Positions 17,154-25,690 of a stretch of 64,000 nucleotides of DNA are shown here, piece by piece. The DNA lies in NCBI GenBank assembly GCA_017621155.1, contig JAGATP010000007.1, positions 14,204-78,203 on the forward strand. Direction: 5' to 3'. Numbering within the stretch: position 1 is the first letter of the stretch; each line of letters starts with the position of its first letter. The DNA is from Clostridia bacterium (lineage in GTDB: Bacteria; Bacillota; Clostridia; Christensenellales; Borkfalkiaceae). Position numbers and translations under genes: made by a program. The notes under the pieces are model-generated. The model had not been told where the DNA came from and searched no databases. It saw only the letters and a program-made list of their open reading frames with translations.

Positions 17154-18452
17154 ATGATCAACATTTACAGAGATATCATCATATTCGGCTTTTTCAATTT
17201 CTTTTTGGAGCTTTTTTCGGGAGCGATTCTCTTTGCCCGCTACGAGGAAAAGAGAAAATTGTTCTTTGTACGGCTTGCCGCTTGTTTTGTCGTCGGCATA
17301 GGACTCGCCTTTTTGCCCGATCTTTCCTTCCAAGCCTTCAATGCCGATTACCTCATCGTGACGGCAATCGTCACGGCGGAGCTGCTCGTTTTGTACCGAT
17401 TGTCCTTTTTGAACGCCCTTTTTTATGCCGTCGCGGCATTTGCTCTGCAACATATGAGCTGGACGATTCTGCTCGCCCTCTTCGAAGGGATCGGACTCGA
17501 ACGCTTTACGCAGGCAACGGGGATTTTGCTCTATTTGTCCGTCTATCTGGTCTGTTATTTCCTCGCGGGGTATTTGCTTCCTGCAAGGAAGAAGAGCAAA
17601 CAATTCGGAAGGCACAGCGTTTTCGTCCTCGCCTCTTCCTGTCTCATCGTCCTTATCGTTTACGCCGTGAGCGCCGTTTTGAGCTATGAAAACCTCTGGA
17701 ACATCTATTGCCGTATTTATGCGGTCGTCGCCTGTATTTTTGCCCTTTGTATGCAGTTCGGCATCATTCGCACCGCTTCCCTCGAGAGCGAAAAGAAAGA
17801 TCTGGAGCGCGACAAGGCGGTGCTTGAAGAGCTTTTGTATCAGGGGAAAAAGCAGCAGGATCTTTCCCGCGATACCGTGGAGATTATTGAGCGCAAGTGT
17901 CACGACTTAAAGCATCAGATTTCCGCTCTTCGTACTATGAATGAGACCGATCGGGAAAAGAGCATCGGGGAAATCGAAAAGGCGGTCATGATTTACGGGG
18001 ACATCGCCAAGACCTCCAACGAGGTGTTGAACGTCGTCCTCACTGAAAAGGGACTTCTCTGCGAGAAATATAAGATCAAGTTTACCTATATCGTGGACGG
18101 CGATCTGCTCTCCTTTCTAAATCCCGTCGATCTTTCCACCCTTTTTGGAAACGCCATCGACAACGCCATCGAATGCGTCGTCAAAGAGACAGACGAAACG
18201 AGGCGCGTCATCAAGCTCAACGTCTCGCAAAAGAGGGACATGATCGGCATCCGCGTCGAAAACTATTGCTCTGTGCCCGTCGACTTCAAAGACGGCTTGC
18301 CCGTTACCAGCAAGGAGAACAAGGAGAGTCACGGCTTCGGCGTCAAGAGCATTCGCTACGTCGCCGAAAAGTACGGCGGGACGGTGGGGCTTGCCTACGT
18401 CGATCGGCTCTTTGTACTCAACATTCTCTTCCAAACCAAAACGGCTGCTTAA
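17154..18452 (+). CDS. AgrC/HPK10-like sensor histidine kinase (GHKL), copy 1
   Basis: 432 aa. About 6 N-terminal TM segments, H-box KCHDLKHQISALR, and ATPase motifs NAIDNAIE and HGFGVKSI. Confidence 0.88.
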   Translation: MINIYRDIIIFGFFNFFLELFSGAILFARYEEKRKLFFVRLAACFVVGIGLAFLPDLSFQAFNADYLIVTAIVTAELLVLYRLSFLNALFYAVAAFALQHMSWTILLALFEGIGLERFTQATGILLYLSVYLVCYFLAGYLLPARKKSKQFGRHSVFVLASSCLIVLIVYAVSAVLSYENLWNIYCRIYAVVACIFALCMQFGIIRTASLESEKKDLERDKAVLEELLYQGKKQQDLSRDTVEIIERKCHDLKHQISALRTMNETDREKSIGEIEKAVMIYGDIAKTSNEVLNVVLTEKGLLCEKYKIKFTYIVDGDLLSFLNPVDLSTLFGNAIDNAIECVVKETDETRRVIKLNVSQKRDMIGIRVENYCSVPVDFKDGLPVTSKENKESHGFGVKSIRYVAEKYGGTVGLAYVDRLFVLNILFQTKTAA

Positions 18453-18470
18453 AATTCAGCTTAAAACGGA

Positions 18471-18501
18471 GATCGCAGAAACCAATCTGCGGTCTTTTTT
18501 T
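18471..18501 (+). terminator. intrinsic terminator after the kinase gene
   Basis: Stem GATCGCAGA/TCTGCGGTC (one G-U pair) followed by TTTTTTT. Confidence 0.75.
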
Positions 18502-18629
18502 GTGCGCTTCGCAAAAAAAGTCAAATTTTCAACAACGTAAGGCAGAAATGAATCGGAAAAACAAAAGTTGTGTTATACTCTCGCCGTGAATGGGGGAACC
18601 CCACTCAAAAGAATGTAAGGAGGTAAAAT

Positions 18630-21600
18630 ATGAAAAAGGCAATCAAAGTATTGCGCGGTCTGAGTATGATTTCCGCTCTCGCGCTTGCCGGTTCGATTAC
18701 CGCAGGCGTCATCATGGAGCAGTATCCTACTTCGTTGGATCAGGTGTTCGGTACGCTGAGCTCGCAGGTCGTTTCCGAAGAAACGAGCGAAGCGGATTGG
18801 ATGTATCAGTCTAAGTTCAAGACCATTCAGGAGGCGGTGGAGGGCTATAAGGAATTTGCGATCAGAGAATCGCAGGAGACTTATGCGCTTCTGAAAAATC
18901 AGGGCAACGCGCTTCCTCTTTCGAAGACGGCGAAAATCACGCTGATGGGACTTAGGAGCTACACGCCCGTTTACGGCAACAGTGCAGGCTCTATGCCCGA
19001 CAAGGCAACCCTCGAGCAGGGACAAAACGAAATTTTCAGGGCGTTTGAGGCGAGGGGATTCCAGCTCAATCCCTCGATGCTTGCGGCGTATGAGAGCTAT
19101 TGCTCCACGCTCACGAGGCAATCGGGCGGCTTCGGCGCACCTGCTCCCGAGTACAAGGAAATCAGCGTCACAGACGATATCCCCGAGCTTTCTCTCTCCG
19201 AGCTTCGTTCGTTTAAGTCCGATTTCAATAAGGACTATGCGGCGTATTCGGACGCGGCGATCGTCGTGGTCGGACGTCCCGGCGGCGAGTCGAAGAACTA
19301 CTATCCCGAGACGATGAACAAGGACGACAAGGCGGAGAACGATACCGTCAGCGGAAACGTCCTCGGACTTTCCGTTGAGGAAAGGGAGATCATCGAGGAA
19401 GCGAAAAAGAACTTTGACAAAGTCATCGTTCTCGTTAACTCCACCAATCCCATGGAACTCGGAGAACTCGAAAACGATAAGGACATCGATGCCGTCATGT
19501 GGATCGGCTATCCCGGTGTTTACGGCTTCTACGGCGTGGCGGACGTTCTAAACGGCACCGTTTCCCCTTCGGCGCACCTTGGCGATACGTTTGCGAGAAA
19601 CACCGCAGTCAACCCTTCTATGGTCAACTTCGGCGACAGCACGACGTGGACAAACGCTGCGGATTATAAAAACGGCAACGTCAATACTTATCTGATTCAA
19701 TCGGAAGGCATTTATTCCGGCTATCATTATTACGAGACGAGATACATGGACGTCGTCAATGGCGTTTCGGGTGCGGCGACCGCTGCTGCCGGCACTTACA
19801 CCAACGCGGACGGCACGCGGTCGACCAAGGACGGTACCTGGAACTATGCAGACGAAGTGGTCTATCCCTTCGGCTACGGACTTTCCTATACCACCTTCAG
19901 CCAGAGCCTCGATTCCGTGAAAATCATGGGCGATAAGAAGACAGCCGAAGTGACCGTCACGGTCAAGAATACGGGCGATACCTATTCCGGAAAGTCCGTC
20001 ATTCAGCTGTATGCGCAGTCTCCCTACACCGATTACGACAAACAGAACAACGTTGAAAAATCCGCCGTGCAGCTCATGGACTATGAAAAGACCAAGACGC
20101 TTGCGCCCGGCGACAGTCAGACGATCACCATGCAGGTCGATCTTTCCAACCTCGCAAGCTACGACTACACCAAGGCGAAGACGTATATCCTCGACGCGGG
20201 CGATTACTTCTTTGCGATCGGCGAAAACTCTCACGACGCACTCAATAATATCCTCGCCGCGCAGGGCAAGACCACTTCAAACGGCATGACGGACAACGGC
20301 GACGCGGCGAAAACGTACAAGTGGACTTGGGCGGACTTCGACGACAGAACCTTCTCCACGAGCGCCAATGGAACGGCGATCACCAATCACCTCACAGAAG
20401 GGGATTACGCGATGGACTACAACGCGTTCCAGCCCGGAGCGATCACCTATCTGACGCGCAGTAATTGGAACGGAACGTATCCCAAGGCTTGGGGCGGATT
20501 CACGATTTCGGGAAGGCTCGGCGAGCTTTTGGACTGCGACTTCATCGACATCAAGACGAACGACGACGTTTCCGCATTCAAATGGGGAACAAATTCGGGC
20601 ATGAAGCTCTACGAGATGAAGGGAGCGGATTGGAAGGACGATAGATGGGCGACCATCGTCGATCAAGTGACCATCGCGGAGTTCTTGAACTTTGCGCAAA
20701 AGGCGTTCCACAATATCGCGCCCATCGAGTCCGTCGGCTATACCGGCAACAATGCAGACGACGGCCCCGGCGGATCGGATACCCACTACTTCAAAGAGGG
20801 GACGTATCAGGGCAAGGCGTATTCCGAGATGAGCGGCTATGACGAGTCCCTCGGCGACTACGGCACGAGAGTCGCGCCTTCTCCCACCAACCTCGCCTAT
20901 GCCTGGAACAAAGAGCTTGCCTTTGAAAACGGCGAGATCATTCTCGGCGAAACCTCTTTGATTTTGGTGCTTCCCATCATCATCGGCCCGGGCGCAAACC
21001 TGCACCGTCACGCTTATAACGGCAGAGGCGGCGAATATTACAGCGAAGATCCCATCCTTTCCGGCTATACTTGCAGCGCGGTTGTACAGGGCGCGCAGAG
21101 CAAGGGCTGCCTCGTCAACATCAAGCACGCGGCGTTCAACGATCAGGAAATCAACCGTTCGGGCGTTGCCGTCTTCCAGAACGAGCAGCAGGCGAGAGAG
21201 ATGGAGCTCAAAAACCTCCGTCAGGCAATCGAAGGCAACGGCAAACCCGCTTCCTTCGTCGGTGATGGAAGCAAAGACAACACCTACACTTCGGGTGCGC
21301 TCGGCATCATGTCCTCTTACAACAGAATCGGCGCCGTTCCGCCCAGCGCGAACAAGGGCGTCATGGTGGACATCATCCGAAATGAATGGGGCTTTAAGGG
21401 CTATAACGTAACCGACTTCACGGGCGTATCCTTAAAGGCGTCGCCGAAGGAGTCCATCCTCTACGGAACGACCGCATTCTGCGGATTCGGCGTCTCCGTC
21501 GATTATTGGAACGAAGAGAGCTTTGCTAAGGATGCAGATTTCTGCGCTGCCATCAAGACGGATATCAAGTATATCCTCTATGCGCTTGCAAATTCCAACG

Positions 21601-21770
21601 CCATGAACGGCGTCAACTCCACGACCCGTACCGTACAGCTGATGTCCACTTGGAGAAAGCTCTACACCGGTCTTGAAATCGGCTTCGGCATCACCACAGG
21701 CATTCTCGTGGTCGGATATCTCGCCCTCGAAGTGCTGACGCTAGTCCGCAAACAAAAGGAGGGAAAGTGA
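18630..21770 (+). CDS. glycoside hydrolase family 3 protein, domain-permuted, with N-terminal signal/anchor and C-terminal TM anchor
   Basis: 1046 aa. A GH3 C-terminal-type domain comes first (VVVGRPGGESKNY, VLVNSTNPMEL, WIGYPG). An Fn3-like domain follows (VTVKNTGDTYSGKSVIQLY). A GH3 catalytic-type segment comes last (SSYNRIG...GFKGYNVTDF). The final 35 aa are hydrophobic and end in KQKEGK. Confidence 0.85.
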   Translation: MKKAIKVLRGLSMISALALAGSITAGVIMEQYPTSLDQVFGTLSSQVVSEETSEADWMYQSKFKTIQEAVEGYKEFAIRESQETYALLKNQGNALPLSKTAKITLMGLRSYTPVYGNSAGSMPDKATLEQGQNEIFRAFEARGFQLNPSMLAAYESYCSTLTRQSGGFGAPAPEYKEISVTDDIPELSLSELRSFKSDFNKDYAAYSDAAIVVVGRPGGESKNYYPETMNKDDKAENDTVSGNVLGLSVEEREIIEEAKKNFDKVIVLVNSTNPMELGELENDKDIDAVMWIGYPGVYGFYGVADVLNGTVSPSAHLGDTFARNTAVNPSMVNFGDSTTWTNAADYKNGNVNTYLIQSEGIYSGYHYYETRYMDVVNGVSGAATAAAGTYTNADGTRSTKDGTWNYADEVVYPFGYGLSYTTFSQSLDSVKIMGDKKTAEVTVTVKNTGDTYSGKSVIQLYAQSPYTDYDKQNNVEKSAVQLMDYEKTKTLAPGDSQTITMQVDLSNLASYDYTKAKTYILDAGDYFFAIGENSHDALNNILAAQGKTTSNGMTDNGDAAKTYKWTWADFDDRTFSTSANGTAITNHLTEGDYAMDYNAFQPGAITYLTRSNWNGTYPKAWGGFTISGRLGELLDCDFIDIKTNDDVSAFKWGTNSGMKLYEMKGADWKDDRWATIVDQVTIAEFLNFAQKAFHNIAPIESVGYTGNNADDGPGGSDTHYFKEGTYQGKAYSEMSGYDESLGDYGTRVAPSPTNLAYAWNKELAFENGEIILGETSLILVLPIIIGPGANLHRHAYNGRGGEYYSEDPILSGYTCSAVVQGAQSKGCLVNIKHAAFNDQEINRSGVAVFQNEQQAREMELKNLRQAIEGNGKPASFVGDGSKDNTYTSGALGIMSSYNRIGAVPPSANKGVMVDIIRNEWGFKGYNVTDFTGVSLKASPKESILYGTTAFCGFGVSVDYWNEESFAKDADFCAAIKTDIKYILYALANSNAMNGVNSTTRTVQLMSTWRKLYTGLEIGFGITTGILVVGYLALEVLTLVRKQKEGK

Positions 21771-21771
21771 T

Positions 21772-22203
21772 ATGAAACTCAAACAGAATTTATTCGGCTA
21801 TCTCGCACTCGGCTCTGCCGTATGTGCCCTTGTCGGACTGATTATCTACATCGTATCCAGCACCACAGGATATATGGAGGGCAGAGAGATGGATGCGCTT
21901 CCCGTCCTTCTCACGATTGTGGCAATCGTATGCCTCGTTGCAGCCCCTCTCCTTGCGGAAAAGCTCGGAAGGAGCCTTGCCGGCGCACTCCTCTTTGTGG
22001 GCGAAGTGCTGTTGGCGGTCAGCCTCTGTATGTTCATCAATGCAAGAGTCGATCACTTTGCGGATATTGTCTTTATTCCCGTCAACTATCCGCTCGGTGA
22101 AAAGACGACCCTCATCGTCTCCATCGTCGGATTCGTCTTCTATATTCTTGCCATCTTGGCGAGCATCGTTGCTGCTTTCGGCGAAAAATTGATCAAAGAC
22201 TGA
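21772..22203 (+). CDS. four-TM membrane protein, unknown function
   Basis: 143 aa. Its ATG lies 1 nt after the GH3 stop, so the two appear tightly coupled. Confidence 0.7.
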   Translation: MKLKQNLFGYLALGSAVCALVGLIIYIVSSTTGYMEGREMDALPVLLTIVAIVCLVAAPLLAEKLGRSLAGALLFVGEVLLAVSLCMFINARVDHFADIVFIPVNYPLGEKTTLIVSIVGFVFYILAILASIVAAFGEKLIKD

Positions 22204-22243
22204 TTCCCCAGGGGAATTTAGGGTCGGCTTCGGACACTAGAAT

Positions 22244-22270
22244 GAGGGCGCGGCAGAATGCCGCGCCCTC
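22244..22270. terminator. bidirectional terminator hairpin between convergent genes
   Basis: An 11-bp stem GAGGGCGCGGC/GCCGCGCCCTC with loop AGAAT. Confidence 0.7.
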
Positions 22271-22316
22271 TCTCTTGCCGTTTTCGTCGGATTGGAGGAA
22301 TCTACCGAGAACTTTC

Positions 22317-22862
22317 TTACAGCGATTCCGCAAGGGCGGCTGCCTTTTGCAGACCGTCCGTCTTTTGAATATCGCCTACCTTGAGAACACCGGGAACGAG
22401 CACTTCTCCCGCCATTTTCCACTGAAGCAGAGCGGCGGAACGCTCGATGGGAATGCGCACGCCGTCTAAAACGGTCATATCGTCCTCTTCGCAGCAGGCA
22501 ATCAAAGCACATTCCTTGTGCGCAATGTCCTTGCCGCCCACCACGAGGGAGTAAATGCGGTCGATAACGGCTTTGATCTGCGCGGGAATGGAATACCAAT
22601 AAACGGGCATGGTAAATACGATGACGTCCGCCTCTTCGATGGCAGGGGCAATCAAATTGAAATCGTCGTCGAAAGAACATGCTTTCCCCGTCTTGAAACA
22701 GGTTTCGCAGGCGTGGCAGCCGCCGAGTTTATGGAATGCGGCGTCAAACCTCGTGATGGAATGCCCTTTGGCTTCCGCAGCCTTGATAAACGCCTCCGTC
22801 ATGGCAAAGCTGTTTCCGTTTTTTCTCGGACTTCCCGTCAGAACTACAATTTTTTTACTCAT
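22317..22862 (-). CDS. flavodoxin-like fold FMN reductase / iron-sulfur flavoprotein-like
   Basis: I take the start at MSKKIVVLTGSPRKNGNS with an AGGAGA SD. Compact Cys motif CHACETCFKTGKAC. The ORF-track N-terminal extension covers the promoter region. Confidence 0.82.
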   Translation of the reverse strand: MSKKIVVLTGSPRKNGNSFAMTEAFIKAAEAKGHSITRFDAAFHKLGGCHACETCFKTGKACSFDDDFNLIAPAIEEADVIVFTMPVYWYSIPAQIKAVIDRIYSLVVGGKDIAHKECALIACCEEDDMTVLDGVRIPIERSAALLQWKMAGEVLVPGVLKVGDIQKTDGLQKAAALAESL

Positions 22863-22904
22863 ATTTTTTTCTCCTTTTGCGATGGGCGGTTTTCCCGCAC
22901 GCGT

Positions 22905-22944
22905 CGCTTTTTTCTTGACAGAAGTATTATATTCGGATATAATA
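22905..22944. promoter_or_regulatory. palindromic pair of overlapping divergent promoters (each TTGACA-17-TATAAT)
   Basis: Plus strand: TTGACA 22905-22910 and TATAAT 22928-22933. Minus strand: TTGACA (complement of 22939-22944) and TATAAT (complement of 22916-22921). Confidence 0.7.
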
Positions 22945-23001
22945 CATTTGTCAAGTACGCACATTTTTGTAGGATACTTACACAAAGGAGAGTGTAAAAA
23001 T

Positions 23002-23343
23002 ATGGAAATAAAAAGTACGAGGTGCATTGCTTCCGAACGACTATGCGATACGGGGTTCAGTTATACGCTGTCGCTGATCAGCGGAAAGTACAAGATGACG
23101 ATACTCTATACGTTAACGGAATTCGGCGTCGTCCGCTATAACGAGCTGCAACGGTACATCAAGGGGATTTCCTATAAGACGTTGAGCCTCTCGCTAAAAG
23201 AGTTGGAGCGCGACGGACTTATCGTTCGCAAGGAATACCCGCAAATTCCGCCGAAGGTAGAGTACAGCCTGTCCGAGCGGGGAAAATCCCTCATGCCCAT
23301 TTTAGACGGAATGTGCGAATGGGGCGCGAAGAACAGACTGTAA
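23002..23343 (+). CDS. HxlR-family transcriptional regulator
   Basis: I take the start at MEIKSTRC... with an AAAGGAG SD. The stretch ISGKYKMTILYTL...RYNELQRYI.GISYKTLSLSLKELERDGLI.R is typical of HxlR winged-helix proteins. Confidence 0.88.
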   Translation: MEIKSTRCIASERLCDTGFSYTLSLISGKYKMTILYTLTEFGVVRYNELQRYIKGISYKTLSLSLKELERDGLIVRKEYPQIPPKVEYSLSERGKSLMPILDGMCEWGAKNRL

Positions 23344-23451
23344 CATAGGCGGAATCCCGCTTTTTCGCTCGGAAGCACGGCGCGTTCGGCGGGGGCTTCC
23401 CCGCTTGACAGAAAGTGGAGGGATGTGCTACAATAAAAAAAGGAGGCGAAT

Positions 23452-24591
23452 ATGGAACGCAAAGAGACGGTACTGCTCGTTCACAACTATTATAAAATTT
23501 CGGGCGGAGAAGACACCGTCGTCGAAAACGAAAAGAAGCTCCTCGAAGCGCACGGGCACAAAGTCGTTCTGTATACAAGGAGAAATGCGGAAATCGACAG
23601 TTTTTCCCCCTTGCAAAAGCTCCTGTTTCCCTTTCGCGCGATCTATTCCTTCCGCACGGCGCGGGAAATTAAAAAAATCATCGAGAAAGAGGGGATCGAC
23701 GTGGTGCACGTCCACAATACGCTGAGTCTCATCAGCCCCTCGGTCTACCGCGCGGCGAAAAAGAAGAAGATTCCCGTCTTTCAGACGGTGCACAATTTCC
23801 GCCTTCTGTGTCCTGCGGCGACCTTCTATCGGGACGGAAGCATCTGCGAGGACTGTCTAAAGGGCGGGCTTGGCTGTGCGGTCAAGCACAAGTGCTACCG
23901 CTCTTCCTTTGCAAGCACCCTCGTTTCCGCCATCACCTTAAAATTCAACCGCATGATCGGCTCTTACAAGATCGACTATATCTGCCTGACCGAGTTTACG
24001 AGGAAAAAACTTGCTTCCCTCGTCGAGGAATCTCACCTCTTCGTCAAACCCAATTTTACCTACGACAGGGGAAAGAAGGAGGGGAAGGGGAGTTATTATC
24101 TCTTTGTGGGCAGGCTCGAAGAGATCAAGGGCGTCCGCCTTTTGATCGAAGCGTTTTCCTCCCTCTCTCTGCCTTTGAAGATTGCGGGCACGGGCGCGCT
24201 CGAAGGAGAGATTTCGGAACAGATTACGGGAAAAGACAACATCGAACTGTTAGGCTACCAGGACAAAGAACAGGTAACTGCCCTCATGAAGGGGGCGAAA
24301 GCCCTTATCATGTGCTCGCAGTGGTACGAGACCTTCGGCATGGTCATCATCGAAGCGTTTTCGGCGGGACTTCCCGTCATCGTGGGGGACATCGGAAACA
24401 TCTCTTCCCTCGTCGAGGAGGGAGTCAACGGCACGAAGTTCGTCTACAACGACGCGCAGTCCTTGAGGGAAGCGGTTTTGCGCATGGAGAACGCCTCCAT
24501 GGAAGAAGGGGCGTATCAGACATATTTAAAGCGTTATACGCCCGAAGAAAACTATCAAAGGCTCTTGGAAATTTATCGGCATCAGGCTTAA
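23452..24591 (+). CDS. glycosyltransferase family 4 (GT-B)
   Basis: 379 aa with the E-x7-E region ETFGMVIIEAFSAGLPVIVGDIGNISSLVEEG. Confidence 0.88.
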   Translation: MERKETVLLVHNYYKISGGEDTVVENEKKLLEAHGHKVVLYTRRNAEIDSFSPLQKLLFPFRAIYSFRTAREIKKIIEKEGIDVVHVHNTLSLISPSVYRAAKKKKIPVFQTVHNFRLLCPAATFYRDGSICEDCLKGGLGCAVKHKCYRSSFASTLVSAITLKFNRMIGSYKIDYICLTEFTRKKLASLVEESHLFVKPNFTYDRGKKEGKGSYYLFVGRLEEIKGVRLLIEAFSSLSLPLKIAGTGALEGEISEQITGKDNIELLGYQDKEQVTALMKGAKALIMCSQWYETFGMVIIEAFSAGLPVIVGDIGNISSLVEEGVNGTKFVYNDAQSLREAVLRMENASMEEGAYQTYLKRYTPEENYQRLLEIYRHQA

Positions 24592-24592
24592 C

Positions 24593-25612
24593 ATGGAAGG
24601 AGAGAAGAGAACAAGGGAATACGGAATCGACGTGGCGAGGGGAATTGCGATCTTTCTCGTCGTCATCGGTCACACTTCGGCGCCCCTCTCTCTTCCCAAC
24701 AACTTTGCTTTTTCGGTGCATCTGACCCTCTTTTTTGTGCTTTCGGGCTATTTGATGAGGCCCGAGCGGTATGCCTTTTGGGAATACGTCAAGAAGAGAG
24801 CGTTCCGCCTGCTCCTTCCCTATTTTCTCTTTGCCCTGACTTCGGCAATCAAAAATATTCAGAACTTTCCCCTGCAATTGGCAAGTGCGCTCTTTTGCAG
24901 CGGAAAGATCAACTCCGTCTTGCCCCTGCTTCCTGATCAGCCTTGGTTTTTGCCCTGCCTCTTTTTGAGCGAGCTCGTCTTTTTCGGGGTGCGAAAGCTC
25001 GAACGCTTTTCCTTCGGGAAGTGGGTGGAAGTTCCGCTCTGCTTGCTTCTCTCCGCGTGCGGATTTTTACTGACGCGCATTCACTATCTTCCCTGGAGCA
25101 TCGACATTGCCCTGTTCGTTCAGATTTTTCTCTGTGCGGGCATGCTGCTCAAGCGGAGCGGTCTTTTGCAGACGGCGGTCTTTTTGAGAGGGGCGCTCTG
25201 CGCCCTCTTTGCCGCGCTTTGGATTTTTGCCGTCGTCTACGCGACGCAGACGGGACAGGCGATTTCGTACGTTCTCTCCCTCAACGAGCGGAACATCGCC
25301 CTTCCGTCGCTCGTTCTCTCCTGTTTCGGGTCGTTTTCCGTTCTCCTTTTCTCTTCCCTTTTGGGACAAGTGGGATACTTGCGCGCACCCTTTGCCTATC
25401 TCGGCAAAATCTCCATTGTCGTCTATCTCTTTCACCTGTCAGGCTTCGATTTCTCCCTTCTCGTCCAAGGTTGGGTCTGGAATGCCCTCCTTCGCATTGC
25501 CTATTGCTGTTTGCTCGCGGAGTTCTTCCGCTTACTCCCATTCGTTCGGGATATTTACGGACTGCCCCCTCGGTTTTCCTGGCGGGAACTTTGGGCGCGG
25601 TTGCAAGCATAA
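24593..25612 (+). CDS. acyltransferase family 3 membrane protein (O-acyltransferase)
   Basis: 339 aa. N-terminal motif IDVARGIAIFLVVIGH and about 10 TM segments. It starts 1 nt after the GT4 stop. Confidence 0.85.
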   Translation: MEGEKRTREYGIDVARGIAIFLVVIGHTSAPLSLPNNFAFSVHLTLFFVLSGYLMRPERYAFWEYVKKRAFRLLLPYFLFALTSAIKNIQNFPLQLASALFCSGKINSVLPLLPDQPWFLPCLFLSELVFFGVRKLERFSFGKWVEVPLCLLLSACGFLLTRIHYLPWSIDIALFVQIFLCAGMLLKRSGLLQTAVFLRGALCALFAALWIFAVVYATQTGQAISYVLSLNERNIALPSLVLSCFGSFSVLLFSSLLGQVGYLRAPFAYLGKISIVVYLFHLSGFDFSLLVQGWVWNALLRIAYCCLLAEFFRLLPFVRDIYGLPPRFSWRELWARLQA

Positions 25613-25615
25613 AGA

Positions 25616-25638
25616 AGAGCCGAAAGGCTCTTTTTTTC
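25616..25638 (+). terminator. intrinsic terminator
   Basis: Stem AGAGCC/GGCTCT with loop GAAA, followed by TTTTTTT. Confidence 0.7.
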
Positions 25639-25690
25639 GTGCCGTATGAGAACGCATTTCGGAAGCATACTGACAAAAAAGGGAGGACGT

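Noticed and set aside
16311-17903. 530-aa minus-strand ORF
   Set aside because: It is antisense to the LytTR regulator and AgrC-like kinase genes, both of which have clear family motifs. It shows no motif or SD and its composition is odd.
18530-18545. Shared heptamer CGTAAGG near both kinase 3' ends (also at 63768-63774), considered as a LytTR box
   Set aside because: A 7-mer shared between two windows of about 150 nt is expected by chance. The positions relative to the terminators differ, and there is no 12-13-nt-spaced direct-repeat structure.
18548-18589. 13-codon ORF MNRKNKSCVILSP downstream of the AgrC-like kinase, considered as an AgrD-like autoinducer precursor
   Set aside because: The SD is very weak, and it overlaps the likely -10 box of the GH3 promoter. 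It lacks the amphipathic leader and acidic C-terminal tail of AgrD, there is no AgrB, and there is no counterpart at the second locus.
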